Shown piece after piece: positions 17,601-28,662 of a DNA stretch of 64,000 nucleotides. Source of the stretch: Myxococcales bacterium. Its GTDB lineage: Bacteria > Myxococcota_A > Polyangia > Polyangiales > DASUME01. The stretch lies in assembly GCA_047601445.1 (NCBI GenBank), contig JASGJH010000001.1:7584001-7648000 (forward strand), written 5' to 3'. Both the position numbers and the translations under genes were made by a program. The notes beneath the pieces are model-generated. The model did no database searches and had not been told where the DNA came from. It saw nothing but the letters and a program-made list of their open reading frames with translations. Numbering within the stretch: the stretch's first letter is position 1; each line of letters starts with the position of its first letter.

Positions 17601-19371
17601 ATGATGCCTTCCCGCCATTCCCTGGTTTTCTTGCTGGCTGCCCTGGGCGGAAGCCTCGTTGCGGGCTGTTCGGCGGACCAGTCGCGCGACGTCAGCGGGA
17701 TCCAGGAGGACGCGGGTCTGAGCGGCGACTTCGTGGCCGAGACCGAGACCTCCCTGGTGCTGGCTCCTGGCTCCAGTCAGGACCTCACCGTTCGCTACGC
17801 CGGAGGGCCGGCCGAAGGCAATCAGGTCGAGTTCGCGGTGGTCCCGGCCGACGAGGTCTACCCGAGTGACAAGACCTTGGGCGCTGACGCCGACGCGGGC
17901 GCCACGGCTCCCCCGGGCGGGTCGCTCTCGGCCAGCAGCGTGTTCACCAACCCCAACGGCGAGGCCACCACCAGGCTCACCGTGGGGTCCACGCCCGGCA
18001 CGTTCCGGGTGCGCGCGCGCCTGGCCAGCTTCGAGCCCGTCTACTTTCAGATCACCGTCAGCGCGGACTTGTTTCCCAAGCTGATGGTCGACGTGCAGTA
18101 CGAAGGTTTGCGCGCGATCACCACGCGCTCGGCCACGGCCATCGCGGGGCTCAGCTGCGACCAGGCCATGAAGGTCGACAAGAGCGGCGCCGAGGTGCAG
18201 TCGAGCGACGACGAGGACCCCTCGGTGCTCTCGTTCTCGCTGGTGCCCGGGCAGAAGTACGCCGTGGTGGCCTGGGGACGCGACGGTACCTACGCAGAGC
18301 TCGCCACCGGCTGCACGTCCTACACGGCGACGGAGGTCACCACCAAAGCGGACGGCACGCCGCAGGCTCCTGACACGTTGTCCGTGCTGCTCGAAGACAA
18401 GCCCATGCGCTTGAACGGGAACTACCCCGTGGAGATCGCGCTCAAGGTCGACGAGTCGATGGCGCGCCTCGCAGGCAGCGCGCAGAAATCGGTCGCGGCG
18501 CTCTTGCCCGCGGGCGCCAATGCCGAAGCCAGCGCCTATCTCGACGTGGTGCACGACGTGCTGGTGGCGCAGGGCAAGAACACCGAAGCAGACAAGCTTC
18601 AAACCAGAGATCGACAACAAGGACGCGAGCCTGTTCACGTCGTTGAGCAACGTGCTCACCACGAACAAGGCCGGCTTTGCGACTTCGGGCACGGCGCTCT
18701 CGACGTTGCTCACCAGTATCGGCAAGAACATGGCGGTGCGCGGCGGCTACGGCGTGGGCACCACGAACGCATCGATGACGTTCAACGTGGGGGCCCTGGT
18801 GGCGCGCTCGGACGACGGCAAGCTGGCCTTCGATCTGATGAGCATCTCCGGCAACATGGCGCCGGTGGCCACCATCATGGCCGAGTACGACGACGCGCGC
18901 GCCGTGGTGGACGTGAAGACCCTGGGGATCGCGCTCGGGCTCGGCGCCTACGGACGTTCGCTGCTCGAAGCGCTCGGCAAGGACGACCCGAGCAAGTGGT
19001 TCGTCTCGCGCTTCAGCACGGCGGCAGGCTGTTCCGCCGTGTCCAACTGGCTGCAGAACGATGCCAACATGAAGGACGCGGGGGTTGCGCTGTGCAACCA
19101 GGACTGCGCCAACAACGTGTGTCTTGAGGTGCTCTCTTCGGTGGTCGACGCGGCGCGCGCTGGCTACCAGGACCTCGACCAGGACCACGCCAGCATCACC
19201 CTCACGGGCAAGGTCAGCGCCCACGATCGAAGTGGCGACGACGCGGTGGACGATCTCGGGCCTTCCCAGCTCACGGGCAACTGGGGCAAGGATCCGGTGA
19301 GCAATCACGAAGATGCCGTCACCGGAGACCTCAAGAGCGTTCCGGCGGGAGAAAGTTCGCTGCTCCTGTGA
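17601..19371 (+). CDS. Large lipoprotein with an Ig-like (invasin/Big-1-like) domain; frameshift at ~18606
   Basis: Lipobox VAGC; TNPNGEATTRLT..GTFRVRA; removing one base joins ORFs 17553..19127 and 18520..19371 (DKLQTEIDNK). Confidence 0.65.
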
Positions 19372-19847
19372 GTGGGCCCCTCAAGACCCTGGAGTCCCTG
19401 CGTGCGCAGGGGCTGCTCGAGGCGCAGCGCGATTTGCAGTCCTACGAGCGGGAGTTGAACCAGCTGCGTGAGGCACGCGAGCAGGCTCGCAAGCGGCGTC
19501 TCGCGGCGGAGAGCGCGCTGGCCAAGGTGCGCCTGCAGTTCGCGAATGCGTCGTTGTTGGCGGACTTACGTTGGCTCGAGCTCAACCTGCTCGGGGCCGC
19601 CAGAGATCTGGAGCAGGCGCTGGTCCAGGAGGGCGGGGCCGTGCGACGCGCTGCCGAGGCGGAGCATCGCTTGCGCGACGCGGAAGCGAAGGTGCGCGAG
19701 CAAGCGGTGGCCCGGCGTACCGTGGCGGTGGTGCTCGAACGTGAGCGGCTTGCGGTGGAACGGCGAGCGGAGCAACGTGCGGAAGAGGAGGCAGAGGACT
19801 CCTTCCGCGCAGGGCACTCTGTTTTAAACGCAACCCGCCGCCCGTAA
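19368..19847 (+). CDS. Coiled-coil protein, FliJ/YscO-like
   Basis: 159 aa, all-helical and E/R/A-rich; N-terminal PLKTLESLR and C-terminal EQRAEEE pattern; GTGA overlap with the upstream gene. Confidence 0.5.
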   Translation: MSGPLKTLESLRAQGLLEAQRDLQSYERELNQLREAREQARKRRLAAESALAKVRLQFANASLLADLRWLELNLLGAARDLEQALVQEGGAVRRAAEAEHRLRDAEAKVREQAVARRTVAVVLERERLAVERRAEQRAEEEAEDSFRAGHSVLNATRRP

Positions 19848-19922
19848 CCGCCCACCCCGAGTTCGGCTCGATTCCGCGAAATATTGCCGCCTCGAGCCAG
19901 GCTCTTTTAGGGTTTCATTCTG

Positions 19923-22316
19923 GTGCTTCGTTCTACGCGGACTCGCGCTCCCTGCCGTCGTCTCTTCGCTCGCGCGCCCGAGGGCGCGCGTCGACGTCTC
20001 CCTGCTGCGCTCGCCGTGGGCGTGCCGGCGGCCGTGCTCGGTGTGGGCCTCCTGTTCTCGCGTGCCAGCCTGGCTCCCGCCCACGCGGACGCCGTGAGCT
20101 CGGAGGCCGCCGTCAGCGCGGCCAGCTTCGACCCGGACGTGATCAAGCCTGCGTCGGGCTCCACGCTCGAGCTGGTGCTGCGCGCGCGTCGCGCGGGGGA
20201 TCTCGAGCACGCCCGTAGTCAGGCCGTGGCGGGGCTGGCGAGTGCGGATGCTCACGACGAGCCTGCGTTGCGCTGGCTCGCCGCGCAACTCACGCGTGAG
20301 CTCGGGGCCACCGCCGAGGCCGCCGAGCTGTTGATTCCGCTCGCCGCCGGGGACCACCCGCTATCGCTGTGGGCGCGGCTGTCGGCGGCGGAATGGTTGG
20401 AGGCCAAGGATCCCGGGCGCGCGCTGGCCCTGCTCGACTCGTTGCTGAGCCCTGAGGCCGAGGTGCTCGGTTTCCCGGGCAAGAATCCCGCCCAGCGTCT
20501 GCGGGCGCGTGTGCTCGGCAAGCTCGGTCGTCGCGAGGAAGCCATCGCGCTGTTCGAGCAGTTCGTGAGCGAGCTGCCCGACGAGGCGCTGGCGATTCAG
20601 GTGGTGGTGCCGCTCGCGGACCTGCTCGCCGAGGGCGACGAGGCCGACCGTGCGCGCGCCCTGGCGCTCTATCGCCGAGTCGCGCACCGGGTGCCGCAGA
20701 CCAAGGTGGGCGTGCGCTCCGAGCAGCGCGTGCACGAGATCCTGAAGTCGTTGAGCGAGCCCCTGCGCAGCTCTCTCAAGGAGCCTTCGCTCGAGGACAA
20801 GCTCTTGCGGGCCGATGCCATGTTGGCGGAGCTGCGCTACGACGACGCGCGCGACGCCTACGCGCAGCTCGAGAAGCTGTCACTCGACGATCCCGGCGTG
20901 CTGTGCCGCGCCCGCTTCGGCCGCGCCAAGGCCATGCTCGACGGACGCGCGCGCACCGAGGGCGTCACCGTGATGGCCTCCGTGGCCGAGGAGTGCGACC
21001 AGGATCCCGATCGGCGGGCCTGGGCGCGCTATCACGCGGGCCGCGCGTTTTCGGCGCTGGGGCAGAACGATCTCGCCATCGCGCAGTACGAGGCCCTCGA
21101 GCGTGAAGCGCCGGCGCATCGCCTTGCCGACGACGCCCTGTTCCGGGCTGCCAAGGTGGCGCGCGACATGGGCGACAGCGAGGGCGTCTTCCGCAGGCTG
21201 AGCCTGTTGCCCGCGCGCTATCCGGCCGGCGACATGCAGGCCCGGGCGCGCTTCGCGCTGGCTTTCCAGGCCTATCAACAGGGCGACTTGGTGCGCGCGG
21301 TGGAGGCGCTGGCGAGCGACCGCAGCGACGAGCCCGCCGAAGACGTGCAGGGACGCGCTGGCTATTGGTACGCGCGCTTCCTGGCGGAGGCCGGACAAAA
21401 GCAAGCGGCTGCCCACGCCTTTGCGGAGGTCTGCACGCGCACGCCGCTCTCGTACTACGGCCAGCAAGCCTTCGCGCGACTCTCGGCGCTCGACCCGGCA
21501 CGCGCGCGCGCCCTGCTCGCGGACCTGCCCAGGGCCCAGGCGGGCAAGCTGGTCTTCCCGCAGCTGGCCGAGTTCGCTCTGCCTGGCTTCGAGCGTGCCC
21601 TTGCGCTGCTTTCGGTGGGTGAGTTGAACCTCGGGCTCACCGAGCTGCGCGCCATCGGCCTCACCTCGGAGGCCACCGCCGAGCGCGCGTTCCTGGTGGC
21701 GGCTTTGCTCGAGCGCGCCGGCGCGCCGCACCTGGCGCTCGAGGCGGCCCGTCGCCGCATGCACGAGCTCCTGCAGCGCGCGCCCTCCGCACGGGACCTC
21801 TCGCTCTACGAGCTGGTGTATCCGCGCGCCTTCGCCCCGCTCATCGAAGATGCTGCTCACAAGGAGGGCATCCCCAGCGCCTACCTGCGCGCCGTGGCGC
21901 GCGAGGAGAGCGGCTTCTTTCCCCGCGCCGTGAGCCGCGCCCATGCCTACGGCTTGATCCAGCTCCTCGTACCCACCGCCAAGGTGATCGCCAAGAACCT
22001 CAAGCTGCCCCACGACGCCACGTCCTTGATGCGCCCCGAAGTGAACCTGCCGCTCGGCGCCCACTTCATCGCCAATCTGGCCTCGGGCGTGCGCGGACAG
22101 TTCGCCCTGGTACCCGCCGCTTACAACGCCGGTCCGGCCGCTACCGCGCGCTGGCTCGCCGAGCGCAAGCAGGAGCCCCTCGACGTGTGGATCGAGAACA
22201 TCCCCTACGACGAGACCCGCAGCTACACGCGTCGCGTGATCCAGACCCACGGCGTGTACCACTGGCTCGAGACCGGCCAGATGCTGCAGCTTCCCCAGGA
22301 GATGCCGGCGCTCTGA
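19923..22316 (+). CDS. Soluble lytic murein transglycosylase with TPR repeats (Slt70-like)
   Basis: AVAREESGF, AYGLIQL, AAYNAGP, ENIPYDETRSY. Confidence 0.9.
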   Translation: MLRSTRTRAPCRRLFARAPEGARRRLPAALAVGVPAAVLGVGLLFSRASLAPAHADAVSSEAAVSAASFDPDVIKPASGSTLELVLRARRAGDLEHARSQAVAGLASADAHDEPALRWLAAQLTRELGATAEAAELLIPLAAGDHPLSLWARLSAAEWLEAKDPGRALALLDSLLSPEAEVLGFPGKNPAQRLRARVLGKLGRREEAIALFEQFVSELPDEALAIQVVVPLADLLAEGDEADRARALALYRRVAHRVPQTKVGVRSEQRVHEILKSLSEPLRSSLKEPSLEDKLLRADAMLAELRYDDARDAYAQLEKLSLDDPGVLCRARFGRAKAMLDGRARTEGVTVMASVAEECDQDPDRRAWARYHAGRAFSALGQNDLAIAQYEALEREAPAHRLADDALFRAAKVARDMGDSEGVFRRLSLLPARYPAGDMQARARFALAFQAYQQGDLVRAVEALASDRSDEPAEDVQGRAGYWYARFLAEAGQKQAAAHAFAEVCTRTPLSYYGQQAFARLSALDPARARALLADLPRAQAGKLVFPQLAEFALPGFERALALLSVGELNLGLTELRAIGLTSEATAERAFLVAALLERAGAPHLALEAARRRMHELLQRAPSARDLSLYELVYPRAFAPLIEDAAHKEGIPSAYLRAVAREESGFFPRAVSRAHAYGLIQLLVPTAKVIAKNLKLPHDATSLMRPEVNLPLGAHFIANLASGVRGQFALVPAAYNAGPAATARWLAERKQEPLDVWIENIPYDETRSYTRRVIQTHGVYHWLETGQMLQLPQEMPAL

Positions 22317-22323
22317 CGAGTCG

Positions 22324-23394
22324 TCAGCGCTCCTCGAGCTCTTCCTTCAGGTCCTTGAGCAGACTCTTGGCGCGGCTCGAGAGCTTGTGGGGCACCGCGA
22401 TCTGAATCACGGCGATCAACTTGCCGCGGCCACGCCCGTCGAGCCGGGGCACGCCGAAGCCATCCACCACCACGGTCTGGCCCGGCTGGGTGCCCGCGGG
22501 GATCTTCGCCTTGGTGGACTCACCGTCGAGGGTGGGAATGCGGATCTCGCCGCCCAAGGCTGCCACCGGGAAGGGCACCGAGAGCTCGTGCAGGAGGTCC
22601 TGCCCCTGGCGCTCGAAGCGTTCGTCCTGGGCCACATCCACCGTGACATAGAGATGTCCCGAGGGACCCCCGCGTCGACCCGCTTGGCCTTGATTGGGCA
22701 CCCGCAGGGTTTGGCCGTGATCGATGCCGGCCGGGATCGTGACCTTGACCCTGCGCTGCAGCTGGGTCTCGCCAGCGCCCCGACACGCGGGGCAGCTCTC
22801 CTTGGGCATCATCCCGCGGCCATGGCAGGCAGGGCAGGTGGTGCTCAGCAGGAAGGGGCCGCGCGCGTGGGAGATCTGGCCCTTGCCGTGGCAGGTGCCG
22901 CAGGTGCTCAGTTGGCCGTCTTTGGCACCGGTCCCCTGGCAGTTCTCACAGGGCGACGGGTGGGCTAGCTCGACGTCCCGCTTGGTCCCGAACACGGCCT
23001 CGGCGAGGGTCAGGCTCAGGACTGTGCGCAGGTCCGCTCCGGCCTGGGGCCCGTCGCGCCGCCGACGCGCCTGCTGCTGGCCGAAGCCGCCGCCGAAGAA
23101 GTCGCTGAACAAGTCGTTGAACTGGCTGAAGATGTCTCCGATGTCCTGGAAGCCGGCGCCCCCGGAACCCTCCACGCCAGCGTGGCCAAACTGGTCGTAA
23201 CGACGACGCTTCCCGTCATCGCTAAGCACTGCATACGCCTCGGAACAGACCTTGAACTCCTCCTCCGCCTGGGGGTTGTCCGGGTTCCGATCGGGGTGCC
23301 ACTTGAGGGCGAGCTTCTTGTAGGCCTTCTTGACGTCTTCGGTGGAGGCACTTCGCTCGACACCGAGCACTTCGTAGTAGTCGCGCTTTTGCAT
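22324..23394 (-). CDS. dnaJ: Chaperone DnaJ
   Basis: J-domain with HPD, G/F-rich region, four CxxCxGxG repeats. Confidence 0.97.
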   Translation of the reverse strand: MQKRDYYEVLGVERSASTEDVKKAYKKLALKWHPDRNPDNPQAEEEFKVCSEAYAVLSDDGKRRRYDQFGHAGVEGSGGAGFQDIGDIFSQFNDLFSDFFGGGFGQQQARRRRDGPQAGADLRTVLSLTLAEAVFGTKRDVELAHPSPCENCQGTGAKDGQLSTCGTCHGKGQISHARGPFLLSTTCPACHGRGMMPKESCPACRGAGETQLQRRVKVTIPAGIDHGQTLRVPNQGQAGRRGGPSGHLYVTVDVAQDERFERQGQDLLHELSVPFPVAALGGEIRIPTLDGESTKAKIPAGTQPGQTVVVDGFGVPRLDGRGRGKLIAVIQIAVPHKLSSRAKSLLKDLKEELEER

Positions 23395-23417
23395 GAAAAA
23401 AAGGCCCGCGTAAGAGG

Positions 23418-23452
23418 CCGGGGCAATGTAAGGCGTTGCCCCGGTGAGTCAA
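23418..23452 (-). promoter_or_regulatory. Putative dnaJ promoter overlapped by a 9-bp inverted repeat
   Basis: TTGACT-N16-TACATT on the minus strand; ccggggcaa/ttgccccgg at 23418-23426 and 23436-23444. Confidence 0.4.
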
Positions 23453-23604
23453 GCCCGGGCAATTTCTGTTCAGTGGGTGTCCTGGCTACCCGAGAACTCG
23501 TCATTGGCGTCAACGGCGCGAGCTAGCCCGGGTTTTCGTGCGTGCTTCCGCTGACAACTTCCAACTACCATTCCTCCAGGGATCCACATACAAACGCGGG
23601 ACAG

Positions 23605-24369
<765 letters not shown>

Positions 24370-24421
24370 GCGTCTGAGCTCGAGGCCGTAACTTCTCTTC
24401 TCTTTCTTGGGGGCTCGTCCG

Positions 24422-26989
24422 ATGTGGACGCTACTGCGTGAAGTTTCTCTGCGTCACCTGCGGCACTCGCCGCTGCGCACGGGCTTGGTGGTCTTCGGCA
24501 TCGCGCTCGGCGTGGCCATGCTGTGCGCCGTCTTGGCGGTGAACAACAGCCTCACCATGGCCTTCGAGGACATGGTGGATCGCGTGGCGGGCAAGGCCGA
24601 CCTCACGGTGGCAGGCAGCGACGCTGGCATCCCCACCGCGCTCACCGGCGAGATCGCCGACGTCAAGGGTGTGGCCCACGCGGCGGCCATGCTCGAGGTC
24701 GTCACGCGCACGCCCGACGGCAAGGGCGGCTCGCTGCTGGTGCTGGGCGTGGACTTCCTGGGCGACACCTTCTTCCTGCCTTTCGCGCAAGAAGGTCCCA
24801 ACAAGGTCATCGACGATCCGCTCGCCTTCGTGAACGACCCGACGGCCATCCTGGTCTCGGACAAGCTGGCCCGCGCCCGCAATCTCAAGATGGGATCCGA
24901 GCTCGCGCTGGTCACCAGCGAGGGGCCGAAGACCTTCTACGTGCGGGGGTTGCTCAAGAGCGAGGGCCCGGCGGCCACCTTCGGCGGCCAAGTGGTCGTG
25001 ATGTTCGTGGACGCGGCCCAGGTGAGCTTCGCCCGCGGCTACTCCGTGGATCGCATCGACATCGTGGTGAACAAGGACGCCGACCTGCAGAAGGTCAAGG
25101 CCTCCATCGCCAACCTCATCAAGGGGCGTGCTCAGGTCGAAGAGCCGCGTGGACGCACCCAGCGCCTGGTGGCCTCGCTGTGGGCGTTCAAGAATGCGCT
25201 CAACATGTCGGGCATCGTGTCGCTCTGGGTCGGCATGTTCCTGATCTACAACGCGGTCAGCGTGAGCGTGGCCCAGCGCCGACGCGAGGTGGGCATCCTG
25301 CGCGCGCTCGGCGTGGAGAAGGGTCGCATGGTGCGCCTGTTCTGCCTGGAAGCGCTGGTGATGGCGGCCATCGGCACGGGGTTCGGGCTGTTGCTGGCAC
25401 AGCAGCTGGCTCACTACGCGCTCGGTAGCGTGCAATCCACCGTGAACCGCATGTACCTGCCGAGCGAGCTGCCCTCGGCCTCGCTGAGTCGCGACATCAT
25501 CGTGGGCGGCATCATCGCCGGCTTCGGCACCACGCTGTTCGCCTCCTACGGGCCCGCGCGCGCCACCAGCAAGGTGGACCCCGCGGAGGCCCTGCGCTCC
25601 TCCAAGTCCAGCGCCATGCTGGGCAAGCTCAACACCTACAAGCTGGCGGCCTTCGGCGTGCTGGTGGTGCTCGGCTCGCTCGTGCCCATGTCCTTCGGTG
25701 GCGAAGGCAACGGCTATTTCGGCTGCGCCATCTTGATGCTCGGGCTCACCTTGTTGGTGCCCCTGGCGGTCAAGCTCTTCCGGCTCTCGGGCGTGGCCAT
25801 CGCGGAGCGTGTGCTCGGCATTCCCGGGCGCATCGCGCTCGACAACGTGGAGCGCTCGCTGGGGCGCAGCTCGGTCACGGTGGTGGCGTTGATGCTCGCC
25901 GTGGGCATGAGCATGACGGTGGGCGCCTATGCGAACGCCTTCCAGCAGTCGATCTCCGAGTGGAGCAACGACGCGTTCCCGGCTGACGCTTGGATCACCG
26001 CGGGCTCGCCGCTGCTCGATCGTCACCACGTGCCGTTCTCCATCAACGTGATGGACAAGCTCAGAGACGTGCCCGGCATCGCCGGCTTGAGTCCGGTGCG
26101 CGTGACCTTCCTCGATGTCGGCGGCAAGCGCGCGCAGATCGCCTCCGTGGACAGCCGGCTTCACATCTTCGAGGGGCAGCGCAAGGGACGTACGCGCCGC
26201 GTGATCGACGGGCCGAGCAAGCTCGACCCCACGCAGCTCGTCAGCGGCCAGCGCGTGTTGATCTCCGAGAACATGGCGCGCATCAACCACCTGGCGGCCG
26301 GCGACAAGATCCAACTCGACACGCCCACCGGCTCACGCGAGTTCACGGTCTACGCCGTGGTGATCGACTATTCGTCGGACCAGGGCTGGATCATGATGGA
26401 CCACAAGTGGTACCGCGAGTTCTGGCAGGACGAGCAGCTCGACAGCGTGGACCTCTACTTCGCCGACGGCGTGAACCAGGAGACCCTGGTGTCCGAGGTT
26501 CGCAATCGCTTGGGCGGCGGCGAGAGCCTGTTCGTGTCGCTGCACGATGCGGTGCGCGCCGAGATGAAGAAGGTGGCCAAGAGCATCTTCGCGTACGCCA
26601 AGGCGCCCGAGCTCATCACGCTCATCGTGGCGGTGATGGGCGTGATCGGCACCATGTTGGCCGCGGTGATCGATCGCATCCGTGAGATCGGCATGCTGCG
26701 CGCCATCGGTGCCACGCGCGCGCAGGTGGTGGCTAGCCTGGTGGCCGAGGCGGGCTTCCTCGGGCTCTCCGCGGCGCTGTGCGGAATCCTGGCGGGCGTG
26801 CCTCAGGGCTACATCTTCCTCAAGGTCATCGGTACGGCCACCAGCGGCTGGAACCTGCCCTACGACTTCCCGTGGGAGACAGCGGTGCGCATGGCGCTGT
26901 TCGTGGTGGGCGCCGCGGCACTCGCAGGCTTCTTGCCAGGGCGTCGCGCGGCGGGACTCGACGTGAAGGAAGCGCTCTCGTACGAGTGA
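24422..26989 (+). CDS. FtsX-like ABC permease with duplicated MacB-PCD/FtsX domains
   Basis: Two RxREhGhLRAhG motifs; C-terminal ALSYE. Confidence 0.9.
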   Translation: MWTLLREVSLRHLRHSPLRTGLVVFGIALGVAMLCAVLAVNNSLTMAFEDMVDRVAGKADLTVAGSDAGIPTALTGEIADVKGVAHAAAMLEVVTRTPDGKGGSLLVLGVDFLGDTFFLPFAQEGPNKVIDDPLAFVNDPTAILVSDKLARARNLKMGSELALVTSEGPKTFYVRGLLKSEGPAATFGGQVVVMFVDAAQVSFARGYSVDRIDIVVNKDADLQKVKASIANLIKGRAQVEEPRGRTQRLVASLWAFKNALNMSGIVSLWVGMFLIYNAVSVSVAQRRREVGILRALGVEKGRMVRLFCLEALVMAAIGTGFGLLLAQQLAHYALGSVQSTVNRMYLPSELPSASLSRDIIVGGIIAGFGTTLFASYGPARATSKVDPAEALRSSKSSAMLGKLNTYKLAAFGVLVVLGSLVPMSFGGEGNGYFGCAILMLGLTLLVPLAVKLFRLSGVAIAERVLGIPGRIALDNVERSLGRSSVTVVALMLAVGMSMTVGAYANAFQQSISEWSNDAFPADAWITAGSPLLDRHHVPFSINVMDKLRDVPGIAGLSPVRVTFLDVGGKRAQIASVDSRLHIFEGQRKGRTRRVIDGPSKLDPTQLVSGQRVLISENMARINHLAAGDKIQLDTPTGSREFTVYAVVIDYSSDQGWIMMDHKWYREFWQDEQLDSVDLYFADGVNQETLVSEVRNRLGGGESLFVSLHDAVRAEMKKVAKSIFAYAKAPELITLIVAVMGVIGTMLAAVIDRIREIGMLRAIGATRAQVVASLVAEAGFLGLSAALCGILAGVPQGYIFLKVIGTATSGWNLPYDFPWETAVRMALFVVGAAALAGFLPGRRAAGLDVKEALSYE

Positions 26990-27175
26990 GCGCACCGGCG
27001 CCCGCACGCACTGCGCCTGAATCGCGCGCGTTGTGCCGGTGTGTGTCGGGGTGAAGGCACAATTGCCTTTGTTTTCGATACATGCTCGCTGGTACGGCGG
27101 TTGCTCCGCAATGGCCAGTCGCTCGACGTCGGCCGCTCTCATTGGGGTGCACGTTCGGGCCGACCGAGGTTCACC

Positions 27176-28567
27176 GTGCAGGACGCTCCCTTCTTTCAAT
27201 CTTCGAGTCGTGCTCCCGATGCGGTCGACCGGCTCCTTCGCTCGCTCTTTCGCCGCGCAGTTCGCCGCGCCTCGTGGGGGCTGCTGCTGACCGCAGGTTG
27301 CGGCGGCGGAGGAGGGTTCGCGCCGTTCCCGTGCAAATCCAGCGGCGACTTCGACTGGCAGCTGGAGAAGATGGAGCTCGCGCGTCCAGTCGACTACGTG
27401 GCGCTCAAGATCACGAACGAGGACGCCTCCTATCAAACGTCCGTGGCCGAGCATGGCGTGTCGTGCTCGGGGGCGTCCGATTTCGACGCCTGCCGAGAGC
27501 GCCTGTCGGAGGTGGAACGTCAGCTGTTGGCGGAGATGGCTGATAGTTGTGTCGACGAACCCGACTCGGTCTGCTTCCACAGCTACTACTTGCTCACGAC
27601 GCGGGGTGACGACATCCAGGTCTGGCAATCGACGCGCCAGATCAAGGAAGTCCTCGGCTCCATCGACAGCCCGGCCGAAGCCAAGGTGTACCTGGCGACG
27701 GCCGAAGACGATAGCTTCGTGTACTGCAGCGACGCCGACCACCTTGGCTTCAGGACGACTAGCGCGGGCGTCGAGATCCGCGACCTTGTCGTGGCGAGCA
27801 CATGCAGGCCCGTGGAGGAGGCACAGATCACGCGCCTCGTGCGTCCCGACGGTCGCGTCGACGTCGTTGCGCGCGAGACGTACTCGACGGATCCGGATGC
27901 GTGCGCGGTGCCCGGTCGGCGCCCCGAGGGATTGCGCGAACCTTCTCTTCACGGCGGCCCCGACGCAGGTCAGTTCTTCGCTCGTGCCGCCTACTTCGAG
28001 GCCGCTTCCGTGCCCGCATTCGAGAAGATCGTGTGCGAACTCGAGGTGCTCGGGGCCCCCCGTGAACTCGTTCAAAAGGCTCGCCAAGCGGTACGCGACG
28101 AGATCCAGCACGCCGAGCGGATGAAGACGCTGGCCACGCGCTTCGGCGCCGAGGTCGCCCCCGTGGAGATCCGCGAGCATCCCCTGCGCCATGCGTTCGA
28201 ACTGGCCCTCGACAACGCCGTGGAAGGCTGCGTGCACGAGACCTTTGCCGCCTTGTGCGCGACTTTCCAGAGTGAGCATGCGCGAGATCCCCAGGTGCGG
28301 TGGGCCATGGCCAGCCTTGCTGAGGACGAGACCCGGCACGCAGGTTTGTCCTGGCAGCTGGCCGCCTGGTTGCTGCCGCAGCTTTCGCCGAGCCAGCGCG
28401 CACGCATTCGGCAGGCACAGCGCGAAGCGCTGGAGAACCTACGCAACCGTGTCCTGAAAGAAGAGTCGGAAGAGCTCCGCGCACTGGCTGGCTTGCCCAC
28501 GCGTGCCCAGGCGCTGACGCTCGTGGCGTCGCTCGAGTTTACCTTGTGGGGCCTGCGTGCCGCGTAG
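27176..28567 (+). CDS. Lipoprotein with a C-terminal ferritin-like domain (myxobacterial family)
   Basis: GTG 27176 with RBS GAGGT; lipobox TAGC; GRRPEG, EAASVPAF, DEIQH, NAVEGCVHET, EDETRH. Confidence 0.8.
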   Translation: MQDAPFFQSSSRAPDAVDRLLRSLFRRAVRRASWGLLLTAGCGGGGGFAPFPCKSSGDFDWQLEKMELARPVDYVALKITNEDASYQTSVAEHGVSCSGASDFDACRERLSEVERQLLAEMADSCVDEPDSVCFHSYYLLTTRGDDIQVWQSTRQIKEVLGSIDSPAEAKVYLATAEDDSFVYCSDADHLGFRTTSAGVEIRDLVVASTCRPVEEAQITRLVRPDGRVDVVARETYSTDPDACAVPGRRPEGLREPSLHGGPDAGQFFARAAYFEAASVPAFEKIVCELEVLGAPRELVQKARQAVRDEIQHAERMKTLATRFGAEVAPVEIREHPLRHAFELALDNAVEGCVHETFAALCATFQSEHARDPQVRWAMASLAEDETRHAGLSWQLAAWLLPQLSPSQRARIRQAQREALENLRNRVLKEESEELRALAGLPTRAQALTLVASLEFTLWGLRAA

Positions 28568-28662
28568 GAACGGGCACAGGATGGGCAGCAAAGCCAGAGG
28601 CCGAGTCGCATGGCTGCGCCTCGGCCTCGAGCAGAGCCCTAGCTGGAGAACCGCCTAGACCT

